This document shows positions 10,003 through 18,521 of a stretch of 64,000 nt of DNA, one piece after another. The notes below the pieces were generated by a model. The model had not been told where the DNA came from. It was given only the letters and a program-made list of their open reading frames with translations, and searched no databases. The translations under genes and the position numbers were made by a program. The stretch's first letter is position 1; each line of letters starts with the position of its first letter. This DNA comes from an uncultured bacterium (GTDB taxonomy: Bacteria; Oederibacteriota; Muellerivitia; Muellerivitales; Muellerivitaceae): the NCBI GenBank assembly GCA_964525605.1, contig CAZGKT010000009.1, forward strand, positions 5,815 to 69,814, in the 5' to 3' direction.

Positions 10003-10818
10003 TCAGGGCTGATAATGTTTTTCGGAACGCGGTTGATTCCACTTTCGTTTGGCTTGTCCCCAGCGATTACCCGGGTGAGCCGTACGCCGCTGCCAGGGCT
10101 GACGCCGATGTTCCCGAATCGATTGAATCCGTTGAATCCTTTTTTGAAAAACAATCTTACGGTATTGTCGCCACTGCTGAAACCGAGCCGTTTCCTGTCG
10201 TTCGAGACGCCGTTGGAGACGAAAATGTCCTTGGTTGAAAGTGGATGCGTTGCCGGCCTCAACGAAATGGGATATATGGTCTTTGTCCACCACCTCGACT
10301 TTTCCCTCGTGGGTAGCTGTCCGCAGATCGGTACCATTCCAGCCGACCTCAAACGCCGTTCCCCGGACCCCGCAAACCACTCCATTAGCGCTCACTTCAA
10401 AGGAGGAATGGCTGTCCTGGAGGTTCTTTTTTACGTCCGCCAAAAGGTTACCCGCCAGCATCTCCATCCGGCTGAGGAACCCTCCGTTGTTATTGGAAAC
10501 AATTTGGTCAATCTTGAGGGTGCTGTTCGGATCCAGATGGACCGCCGTATCCGATTCCAGGGTAAGGGTGGCCTGGCTGTCACTTCCGGTCTTAACTTTA
10601 TCCCCCGATTCCACTTCTTGGCCTTCCTGGGCGGCCTCCCATGTCTTGCTACCGTCTTCCTGCACTTGAACATCCGATCCCTGGATGTCCTCTATAACAT
10701 ATTCCACCGGTTGAACTTCCCCCGCAGTTTGGGAAAAGCCCCGATAAGTGCCCCCAAAAAACATCAGGGAACTCAGCATCCCATAAATAACCCATCTCTT
10801 ATTTATCCGACTGTCCAT
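10003..10818 (-). CDS. Secreted FecR-domain protein with basic C-terminal tail
   Basis: Signal peptide, 'GDKVKTGSDSQATLTLESDTAVHLDPNSTLKI', 'VCGVRGTAFEV', 'THEGKVEV'. Start set at ATG 10818, which follows AAGGAGG. Confidence 0.75.
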   Translation of the reverse strand: MDSRINKRWVIYGMLSSLMFFGGTYRGFSQTAGEVQPVEYVIEDIQGSDVQVQEDGSKTWEAAQEGQEVESGDKVKTGSDSQATLTLESDTAVHLDPNSTLKIDQIVSNNNGGFLSRMEMLAGNLLADVKKNLQDSHSSFEVSANGVVCGVRGTAFEVGWNGTDLRTATHEGKVEVVDKDHISHFVEAGNASTFNQGHFRLQRRLERQETARFQQWRQYRKIVFQKRIQRIQSIREHRRQPWQRRTAHPGNRWGQAKRKWNQPRSEKHYQP

Positions 10819-10944
10819 GAACGCCTCCTTATTGAAACTTTCACCTACGCCCCCGATGACGGGGATTTTCTCGTCAACCAATTAGACGGTCAACTCAAAC
10901 CAATGGTTCCCTCCCCAAATAATAAAGAACCCTTTGAATAGGAC

Positions 10945-11364
10945 TTATTTGGGATAGGGATGTCCCTTGAGGATCGCCCCTGATCGGTAAAGTTGTTCCA
11001 AAAGCATCACCCGAGCAAGTTCGTGGGAAAAGGTCATAGGTGACAAACTGATTTTGCGGAAACCGGAAAGATCCAACCCATCCTGGGGGCCCCGGGCTCC
11101 CCAGGCACAAAAATAGAGGTCCCTGGAATTTTGGGTTACCCAATTGGCGAATTCGGTCGAATCCATTGTTTTACCGGCCGGGTCCAAAGATACAAATATC
11201 CCCCGGCCCTGGTGCTGGTCGACCCATTTTTGAATTTCACGCGGGGATTCCTTGAGAGGCACTAAGATCACCGGCCAAAGACGGTTCAGGCGTTTATGAA
11301 AATCATTCGCCAAGGCTTCCAACCTTGAATCTTTGAAAGCGCCTACGAACAGGCAGTAAACCAT
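10945..11364 (-). CDS. rlmH: 23S rRNA (pseudouridine-1915-N3)-methyltransferase RlmH
   Basis: C-terminal 'ISLSPMTFSHELARVMLLEQLYRSGAILKGHPYPK'. Confidence 0.88.
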   Translation of the reverse strand: MVYCLFVGAFKDSRLEALANDFHKRLNRLWPVILVPLKESPREIQKWVDQHQGRGIFVSLDPAGKTMDSTEFANWVTQNSRDLYFCAWGARGPQDGLDLSGFRKISLSPMTFSHELARVMLLEQLYRSGAILKGHPYPK

Positions 11365-11378
11365 AAATCACCCTTATC

Positions 11379-12788
11379 TCAGTCGAGTTCACGCAGTGAG
11401 GAAATTCTTTCGGAGACCGTCTTGAGTAAATCAGGAAAGTTCTGGAGCCATTCTTCAGTTAATCGAATTAATTGGGCCCGGTTTTCCGCCTCAAAACGGC
11501 AGGAAAGGACTGGTTCGGTGACCGAAAGCCGGACAATTCCCCAACTTTCTTTAAAAACAGCCCGCACCCCGTCGGCCCCGGTCACCTCCCCGCCCATTTC
11601 CAAGGCCCTCGTTTTCAAACCTTCAAAAACAACCTGGGCACGATCCGTTTCCATGGGTATTTTGACGTCGTGTGTGGAGAGCCTTCGTGGAAAAGCCGGT
11701 AGGGCCTGGGATAGGGTTTGACCCCGGGTTTTCAACGTTTTTAAAAGAACCAAACAGGCAAAAAGGGCGTCTCCCGGAAAGGGTCCCGGTAGAAAAAAAT
11801 GTCCGCTGGCTTCCCCCGCCATGAGGGCCTTTTCCATTTTTAAGCGATCATAGATAAAAGTATGTCCCGATCGTTCCAGAACCGGTTCTCCGCCTTTGGA
11901 ACGAACCCATTTATCTAAACCATCCGAGCACTTGCCGTCGTACACAACTTTTTGTCCCGGTTGGCGGCCTAGGGGCTCCTCGGACAAAAGACCCAGGATA
12001 ATCTCATTGGGTATTTCTTTTCCGAATTCATCCACAAAACTAGCCCGGTCCCCATCGCCGTCAAAGGCGACACCCAGAGAAGCCTTTGCTTTCAATACAC
12101 GCCGCCCCAAAGCCTCAAGGGCCTTGGGATCGGAACTATCCGCTCCCCGGCCGGGGTAATCCCCGTTCATCTTCTCGTTCATCATTTCCACTTCAAGACC
12201 AAGGGTCTGCAAAACGGGAGTCGCGGTTAAGGCGGCCATGCCGTTTCCGGCATCCACGATGATTTTATACCCATGAAAATTGGCGGCGATTTGACGAACC
12301 AGGCGGTTGCGGTAATCAGGAAGAAAATCTTTCTTTTCAGTAATGCCCGCACCCTTGCGAAATGACCCCTTCGATAGGATTTGGTAGAGCTGTTTGATCC
12401 AGGAGGCCGAGGCGGGCTCCCCGTAGGTGAAAAATTTAAACCCGTTGTATTCGGGCGGGTTATGGGAAGCGGTGACCATGATACCGGCGGCAGCTGAGGC
12501 GAAACCGGTGGCAAAATTAAGCAATGGGGTGGATACCAGCCCTGCGTCAACGATCTTAAGTCCCGAATCGACCAGTCCTTGGAGCAAACTTTTTTTTAAC
12601 GCTTCGGTGGAATCCCGGATATCCCCTCCCACGACGACCTTGATGTTTCGGTTCTGGGATTCCTTGAGGAAGGTACCGACCGCAAGCCCCACCATATGGG
12701 CTTGAGGCTTTCCCAGGGGCTTAGGATATTTACCGCGTATATCGCAGAGCTTGAGAATGGCCTCTGGAACCAGATCGGATTGCTCCAA
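11379..12788 (-). CDS. Phosphomannomutase/phosphoglucomutase (alpha-D-phosphohexomutase)
   Basis: TASHNP active-site loop, FDGDGDR metal loop, GEASGH sugar loop, 'IRGKYP'. Confidence 0.92.
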   Translation of the reverse strand: MEQSDLVPEAILKLCDIRGKYPKPLGKPQAHMVGLAVGTFLKESQNRNIKVVVGGDIRDSTEALKKSLLQGLVDSGLKIVDAGLVSTPLLNFATGFASAAAGIMVTASHNPPEYNGFKFFTYGEPASASWIKQLYQILSKGSFRKGAGITEKKDFLPDYRNRLVRQIAANFHGYKIIVDAGNGMAALTATPVLQTLGLEVEMMNEKMNGDYPGRGADSSDPKALEALGRRVLKAKASLGVAFDGDGDRASFVDEFGKEIPNEIILGLLSEEPLGRQPGQKVVYDGKCSDGLDKWVRSKGGEPVLERSGHTFIYDRLKMEKALMAGEASGHFFLPGPFPGDALFACLVLLKTLKTRGQTLSQALPAFPRRLSTHDVKIPMETDRAQVVFEGLKTRALEMGGEVTGADGVRAVFKESWGIVRLSVTEPVLSCRFEAENRAQLIRLTEEWLQNFPDLLKTVSERISSLRELD

Positions 12789-12998
12789 GGTTTCACTCGC
12801 TTTGGAATAGGATGTCTTGCTTTTTTAATGCGCCAAAACGCCTTTAAACATTTTCAGTGTCTGGTTTTTCGCAGTTCAATCATTGGGAATCGGAAACGGG
12901 GGCAAAAAAGGCCCCAGGTATCAATCGTTTAAAAATCCAACTTCTTATTATTTTCTTTCCTTCAAAATTGATTATCAGCGCTAAGTGCCATTGAAAAA

Positions 12999-13074
<76 letters not shown>

Positions 13075-13111
13075 GGCAAGGGCCAAGGACAAAAAGTGAA
13101 AACAGCCCTGA

Positions 13112-13140
13112 AGATTATCAGGCGAATAAGGGCTTGTCAA
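13112..13140 (-). promoter_or_regulatory. sigma70-type promoter for tRNA-Phe
   Basis: TTGACA-N17-TAATCT about 40 nt upstream of the tRNA. Confidence 0.6.
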
Positions 13141-13172
13141 TTGGAGAAAGGTTTTGGAGTAAGGATGAAAAA

Positions 13173-14180
13173 CTACAGGATCCGTAGTTGGTTGAACTTG
13201 ATGTTCAAACCGAAAAAGAAAGTATCCTGAGAAGTCTCTCCAAAATCGGCGGGAGCGTAAGCAATATCTACCGAGAAATCATCTCCGTCAAAATCACGAG
13301 TCAAAGAACACCCAAGCGTGTAATTATTGAAAACGTTCTGAGTGGCTTGCCCCAAACTCTCGAATTTATATCCGCCCCTTATGGCGAACAGATCAGGAAA
13401 AAGCCAAGCTTCCGCGCCTATGGCCATCTTGATATCTTGGTCGGAGGGCTTGAAGACTTCGAGTCCGGCGTTGAAATCCCTGTGACCTTCAAAAACCTGG
13501 TGAATACCCAAACCCAAACGAATAAACATGGGTAATGGATCGGCCGAAGACGCCGGGTTGAACGTCATTCCCGGTCCAAGGTTTTGTATCGCTAACCCCG
13601 CCTTGATTCCAAGTGGCAGACGATCCAGTTGGAGTCCCAGATCGCCCATGACTCCGCCCGTTGTGTATTGAGCCAAGGTGCTTTGCAGATATTTCAAGGA
13701 AAGACCTATGCGGATATTATCCCCCAGTTTTCGCGCATAGCTCAAAGCGCCCAATAGATCCTGGGAGTTCGCCGGTGGATTTCCATTTTGATTGTCAATG
13801 GGCGGCATGTGTCGATAGGTAAAAGCAGCCTCCACCGCACTTTCCGCGCCCCACGCCGTGGCGAATGTCAAATATTCGTACGAGATATCAGCCAAACTGT
13901 CTAGGTGGGAAAGAAGTAACTGGCTGGCTGTGACCTTGGCAATTCCAGCAGGATTGTATTCAACCGAGTAGGCGTCATCTCCCATTGCCGTGAACACTCC
14001 GGCCATTCCGGCCGGACGAACGCCTTGATTGACCTTCAGGATATCCGCAGTCGTTGTTCCCACCGATTGTGCCGAAGCCAACTGGGGTTTGAAAAAGGCC
14101 ATTGAGGAAACAATCATTGAGAGGATTGCTATCCACTTGGCCCGCGGACCTAAAAACCTGTTCATAGAAATGAGCCTCAA
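13173..14180 (-). CDS. PorV/PorQ-family (FadL-like) outer-membrane beta-barrel
   Basis: Signal peptide, then 'GVRPAGMAGVFTAMGDDAYSVEYNPAGIA', the family N-terminal motif; alternating beta-strand pattern. TTG start overlaps the upstream TGA. Confidence 0.75.
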   Translation of the reverse strand: MRLISMNRFLGPRAKWIAILSMIVSSMAFFKPQLASAQSVGTTTADILKVNQGVRPAGMAGVFTAMGDDAYSVEYNPAGIAKVTASQLLLSHLDSLADISYEYLTFATAWGAESAVEAAFTYRHMPPIDNQNGNPPANSQDLLGALSYARKLGDNIRIGLSLKYLQSTLAQYTTGGVMGDLGLQLDRLPLGIKAGLAIQNLGPGMTFNPASSADPLPMFIRLGLGIHQVFEGHRDFNAGLEVFKPSDQDIKMAIGAEAWLFPDLFAIRGGYKFESLGQATQNVFNNYTLGCSLTRDFDGDDFSVDIAYAPADFGETSQDTFFFGLNIKFNQLRIL

Positions 14181-15142
14181 AATTTTGTCGTCAATGATAA
14201 GCGATTGGTATCTCCAAAAACGTCCGCAGGGGCGAAAGCGTAATCCAAGAAAAGGACCGCTCCCGTTAAATCGAGGCCGTAACCCGCGCCTAACGTTATT
14301 CCCTCACCGCCCAATCCATTGTTTTGAAACTTGTAGCCAACGCGAATACTTGCCCGGTTACCAATCCATTTATAGTTATATTCCACACCCAGCGCTGCCC
14401 CGACTGGGTCCTCAATGGGTTGAATGGGAAAAGAAATATCGCCCGTAATGGCCCCGTCATCCTGGTCAGAAAAAAGCTCGTACTGGCGATAGGAAAGCCC
14501 CCCCGCGAGTATGAAGGGAAGGTTAAAGCCTGAAGCCTGGGCTCCCAGATTCTTAATTTCTAATCCAATCCTTAAGCCTTGGGAAGGTGGAATCACCACC
14601 AGACCTGCGTCAACCGCAAAAAGGGAGGATTGGATAGTGTCGATTTGCTGGTCCAAAAGCTTTAAAGAAACACCCACGTGAAGTGTGGGACTAAAATCCT
14701 TGGCATAGGCCAGGGTAAAAACTTGATCACCGCTCGAAAAGGTTCCGGTTGTAACTCCCGAATCATTGGTACGGGACATGTTTCCAGGCTGGAGCATACC
14801 CACGCTTAAGGCAATCACCCCTCCCAGGGAGGATATCGCGGGTTGGAGAGGAGTCGCAAAAGCGATAAACTCGTAATTCATCTGTTGATAGAGAGAAAGG
14901 TAGGTAATGTTCATTTCGTTGGTCAAAATGCTGGCCAATCCCGCCGGGTTGTAATAAACCGATCCCACGTCATCCCCCAGGGCCGAATAGGCTTCCCCAA
15001 CCCCTACCGCTCTGGAAATGGGCGAAAGATTCAAAAAGTCAAAAGCATCTCGGCCCCCGTTAGCCGTCTGTGCCCAGACCGGCGTGAAAGCCATAAAAGA
15101 CACACAAAAAAAACCAAAAAAAATATTTTTAATTAAGTTCAT
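14177..15142 (-). CDS. PorV/PorQ-family (FadL-like) outer-membrane beta-barrel
   Basis: 'FLNLSPISRAVGVGEAYSALGDDVGSVYYNPAGLAS'; ends with a beta-signal-like RLSLTTKF. Confidence 0.8.
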   Translation of the reverse strand: MNLIKNIFFGFFCVSFMAFTPVWAQTANGGRDAFDFLNLSPISRAVGVGEAYSALGDDVGSVYYNPAGLASILTNEMNITYLSLYQQMNYEFIAFATPLQPAISSLGGVIALSVGMLQPGNMSRTNDSGVTTGTFSSGDQVFTLAYAKDFSPTLHVGVSLKLLDQQIDTIQSSLFAVDAGLVVIPPSQGLRIGLEIKNLGAQASGFNLPFILAGGLSYRQYELFSDQDDGAITGDISFPIQPIEDPVGAALGVEYNYKWIGNRASIRVGYKFQNNGLGGEGITLGAGYGLDLTGAVLFLDYAFAPADVFGDTNRLSLTTKF

Positions 15143-15144
15143 GG

Positions 15145-16743
15145 TTAGGGGCCGTTCAATGAACGAGAAATAGCGAATTTTCCAAAAGTTTGCCCATTAG
15201 GGCCTTCAATCTTATAGAAATAAAACCCAGAAGCCACCGGATTTCCATCCCCGTTTTTACCATCCCAGGTTATCAATCCCGTCCCAGTTAATGAATTGTA
15301 GGTGTAATTCGGGTCGTAAGGCCCAAAGGACCGGACAAGCGACAAGGTGATCGTATATAGGTTCAAGGTGGATTGTGGCGGTATACAGCTGAACTTGATA
15401 CACGGATCCGAAGAAGGACACTGGTTGTTAAAGGTGGGGTTGTGTTGAAAATCCATCGGATTGGGATAAACATTCACGGGACACGGTGTATCGGTTGGAG
15501 TGGGGGAAGGCGGCGGTGTGTTGGTTATAGTGGGCGTGAGAGTGATTGTCGAAGTGAACGTTATTGTAAACGTGAAAGTATTTGTATGAGTGGAGGTGAA
15601 TGTCGGGGTGAGAGTAATGGTGGAGGTTGAGGAAGGGGTAGGGGTCCAGCTAAAGGAAGGAGTATTTGTACTCGTAACGGTGTTGACAGGTGTATCCGTG
15701 AAAGAGTTGGTTGCTGTGATCGTTGGGGAAAACGAGCTTGTCGAGGTGGCAGCCGGAACATTGGTAAATGTAGGCGTGGGCGAAACGGTAGGGGTGTTCG
15801 TAGAGGTAATGGTCGAAGTAGCGGTAACGGTGGGAGTATTCGTTTTCGTTTCGGTCATGGTGTAGGTCCCTGTCGGAGTAGAGCTATCGGTGCTGGTAAA
15901 AGTCATGGTGATGGTAGGGGTAGAGGTGGAAGTGGGTGTGGGTGAGGACGTATTCGTGGGAGTCGATGTCGAAGTAATTGTGGGTGTCGGGGAGATAAGG
16001 CATGGCAGCGAAGCCGCATCATGAAGATCATCAACGTAAACATAATCTCCGTCGCTTTCATCGAGTGTCGCCGTAGTGTCGCTAGGAATGATTAAACTTA
16101 CAGTGGAAACCGGAGCGGTCAATGTATTCTGGATAAATACCGTGGCCCATTCGTTCGTGAGGGTGTTTTGCGCCTGGTTTGCCGTAGCAGGATTCAGGCA
16201 ATTGTTTAAAATGTTACTCGCGTTTGTTGCGGTCGTAATCGCGGAACCATCGGTTCCTGTCACAACGAGTTGAAAAGAACTGGGAATCCCCGAGTTGACA
16301 TCTATCAATATGTAATTGGCGCTAAGAGCAGTAGTGACAGCATCCGTATAGGTAAGTGTCACAGGTGAACAAACAACGCAACCGGAAGGTTCAGTGGAGT
16401 AAATCTTAGCGTATTCATAAGGCGGTTCCCCCGCAACAACAGCCGGATAGTTCACTAGCCCGTCGGAGGTCACGGGGCCTCCAGTAGCACTGTTCATGAA
16501 TTGGGTCACCGACATTGAGAATGTGTATCCGCTAATATTCTGATAAGTCAGCGCCCAATTGGTGGTGACCGGAAGACTTGCGGCATTTGTGACGGGATTT
16601 CCCGCCGTAAAAACATCAAACCATTGCTGGAAATTGTCGGTCAAAGCATAAGCTGAGGATAAACCCGGAATCACAGGAAACAACAAAAACAAGCCGAAAA
16701 CACCCAGATAAAAGCTTTTCAACATTCGGCTTCGAAGAAGCAT
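15145..16743 (-). CDS. Secreted protein: N-terminal unknown domain, long Thr/Pro/Ser linker, C-terminal T9SS type-A CTD / FlgD-Ig-like domain
   Basis: Signal peptide; ~170 aa TPT-rich stretch; C-terminus 'VYPNP...LYTITLSLVRSF...ITWDGKNGDGNPVASGFYFYKIEGPNGQTFGKFAISR'. Confidence 0.75.
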   Translation of the reverse strand: MLLRSRMLKSFYLGVFGLFLLFPVIPGLSSAYALTDNFQQWFDVFTAGNPVTNAASLPVTTNWALTYQNISGYTFSMSVTQFMNSATGGPVTSDGLVNYPAVVAGEPPYEYAKIYSTEPSGCVVCSPVTLTYTDAVTTALSANYILIDVNSGIPSSFQLVVTGTDGSAITTATNASNILNNCLNPATANQAQNTLTNEWATVFIQNTLTAPVSTVSLIIPSDTTATLDESDGDYVYVDDLHDAASLPCLISPTPTITSTSTPTNTSSPTPTSTSTPTITMTFTSTDSSTPTGTYTMTETKTNTPTVTATSTITSTNTPTVSPTPTFTNVPAATSTSSFSPTITATNSFTDTPVNTVTSTNTPSFSWTPTPSSTSTITLTPTFTSTHTNTFTFTITFTSTITLTPTITNTPPPSPTPTDTPCPVNVYPNPMDFQHNPTFNNQCPSSDPCIKFSCIPPQSTLNLYTITLSLVRSFGPYDPNYTYNSLTGTGLITWDGKNGDGNPVASGFYFYKIEGPNGQTFGKFAISRSLNGP

Positions 16744-16989
16744 TATTCAAAACTCCCGCGTTGAAAAATCAAATCTTGGGCGGCTTCGCCCGTAATTTTA
16801 TTCAATTTCCGGCTGATTTAACGTCAAGTTAACGATCTTAGCGTTTGCTTCAAAGCCTAAATTTTAAAGATTTAAGCTCAGGCAAGCTGTTTTCAACGCA
16901 TTTTTATTATTATCGCCCTACTTTTGCCATCACGCAACTATTTCAAATGCGCTATTTAATCCTATGTATATAGACGGGCAAGTTACTTT

Positions 16990-17184
16990 TCAGGAGGAAC
17001 TTTTTGGGAAACATCTTGATTTAAACTCGATAATCTTCTCAATGACTGCCGGAATGCTTTCCTTAACTGTGACCTTTTTGCCATTTTGAAGGGTCAGAAT
17101 GGTTTCTGGGGATTTTTCAACAAAAAGGATCAGGTCAGAATTGACATACACTTCTTGTCCGTCGAGGCGGGTTACCTGGATCAA
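16990..17184 (-). CDS. flbD: Flagellar FlbD/SwrD-family protein
   Basis: MIQVTRLDGQEVYVNSDLILFVEKSPETILTLQNGKKVTVKES..VIEKIIEFK, the typical 64-aa family pattern. Confidence 0.88.
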   Translation of the reverse strand: MIQVTRLDGQEVYVNSDLILFVEKSPETILTLQNGKKVTVKESIPAVIEKIIEFKSRCFPKSSS

Positions 17185-17206
17185 GGTTTTTCCTTCTCAT
17201 CTTTCT

Positions 17207-18304
17207 TCAATTGGTTGACCAAACATCATTGTAATAGGTAATGGCACAGCTAGGGGTCGTCCAACATTGGTTGTTGTAACCGCCCATCACCCAGTCGTGG
17301 CTGTTGTATGAAAGAGCCACATGACCGCAACGAGGCAAGTAAGGGGAATTTCCGTAAGACCAATTGATACCATTTGAAGAAGTGTAATAGCCGTCATAAG
17401 TTAATGCGCCCGGGGCGGAACCAGGGGTCAACCAAAGCAGTCCATTATTGGCGGTAACTTGGTGATAAAGCATAGGGTAGGGCAAGTTTCCAAGATCCGA
17501 ACCCAAACCAACCAAGGTTAAAGTGGCCCCATCAAAAGTCCAGGCGTCACCGTTCGAGGACCCGGCAAGCGTGGAGGCAGTATAGGGATTTCCACCATCA
17601 CCCTCTAAGATCCATATCAACCCGTTGAAAACTGTGGCGGACGAACCCCAGCGCGGTGTAAACCCGAGCTTGTAATTCGCGATTGCCGCTGTATTCAACG
17701 CAGGATTGACTTGGGTCCAATTGATCCCATTGACTGATGTCCAAATATCAGCGTCGGAGTTTCCATCCCATCCACCAATGATATACATGGTGTTGTTATA
17801 AACGATGGAGATGAAATCTTCCCGGGCGGTAAAAAGGGGTGCAACGGTGGTGACCTGGGTCCAATTGGATCCATCAGGAGAGTTCCACACATCATTCTTT
17901 AACGTACCGTTTTGATTTCCTCCTATAACCCAAAGCTTATTGTCGAATGAAAGAACACCAGGTGAATAACGTTTTCCAAAATGGCTCGTGTTCGTGTCAC
18001 CAACCGTATTATTCCATTGACTACCGTTGCTGGAATTGTAGACGCCACCGTAATAATCGGTGACGGACCCTGAAATACCCCAAGCTCCTCCGACCACCCA
18101 CATTTCGTTATTAAAAACGGCCGCACCCATTCCATATCTGGGTGACCAGGAGGCGTTTGCCGTGGCTTCATTCCATGAGCCCCCATTGGGTCCGGTAGGG
18201 TTATTTTTTGAACAACCTTGATTCAATAAAAACGAACCAATCAATCCAAAAACCAGCAGGTATTTAGGGGAAATTTTATCCAATGGAAACCTCTCATTAC
18301 CCAA
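17207..18304 (-). CDS. Kelch-like beta-propeller putative lipoprotein
   Basis: Hydrophobic leader ending NQG-C-SKNNP; repeated blades 'R....VFNNEMWVVGG', 'FDNKLWVIGG..NDVWNSPDGSNW', 'YNNTMYIIGG..DIWTSVNGINW'. Start codon uncertain. Confidence 0.7.
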   Translation of the reverse strand: MGNERFPLDKISPKYLLVFGLIGSFLLNQGCSKNNPTGPNGGSWNEATANASWSPRYGMGAAVFNNEMWVVGGAWGISGSVTDYYGGVYNSSNGSQWNNTVGDTNTSHFGKRYSPGVLSFDNKLWVIGGNQNGTLKNDVWNSPDGSNWTQVTTVAPLFTAREDFISIVYNNTMYIIGGWDGNSDADIWTSVNGINWTQVNPALNTAAIANYKLGFTPRWGSSATVFNGLIWILEGDGGNPYTASTLAGSSNGDAWTFDGATLTLVGLGSDLGNLPYPMLYHQVTANNGLLWLTPGSAPGALTYDGYYTSSNGINWSYGNSPYLPRCGHVALSYNSHDWVMGGYNNQCWTTPSCAITYYNDVWSTN

Positions 18305-18440
18305 CGACGTTAGAACGTATTACGAATAAATCTTTTCACTACCGAAAGGCTTCTTTCGGGTTTCAGCCTGACTTTTTTTAATTCCTAAGATTCTTAAATC
18401 AAATGCAATGAAGTGTCCCTTTAAACTCTTGAAGGGTTGA

Positions 18441-18475
18441 AAAATAAACGGCGCCCCCCAATTTGGAAGGCGCCG
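18441..18475 (-). terminator. Intrinsic terminator downstream of flgE
   Basis: Stem CGGCGCC/GGCGCCG (18449-18475) followed on the minus strand by TTTATTTT. Confidence 0.6.
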
Positions 18476-18521
18476 GGAATCACAATGACCGCAAGAGGCG
18501 GTCCCTCAACTCAAACCTTCA

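Noticed and set aside
9826-10941. 371-aa plus-strand ORF, and other long antisense ORFs such as 1085-1609, 2797-3381 and 5896-6585
   Set aside because: Shadow frames opposite well-supported minus-strand genes; no recognisable motifs or SD sites.
15480-16000. Tandem DNA repeats or CRISPR array in the Thr-rich linker
   Set aside because: Repeats exist only at the protein level (TPT/TxT) with divergent codons; there are no identical direct repeats with spacers anywhere in the window.
16890-16930. sigma28 promoter (GGCGATAA) upstream of the CTD cargo gene
   Set aside because: The -10 match has no matching -35 at the correct spacing, so co-regulation of the CTD/PorV cassette with the flagellar genes is unsupported.
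18335-18370. Third copy of the GGA/A hairpin or a sigma28 promoter ahead of the Kelch gene
   Set aside because: AGGCT..AGCCT outer stem has a GAA loop and no inner stem, an alternative CCGAAAG/CTTTCGG pairing is stronger, and the TAAA..CCGA spacing is off consensus.
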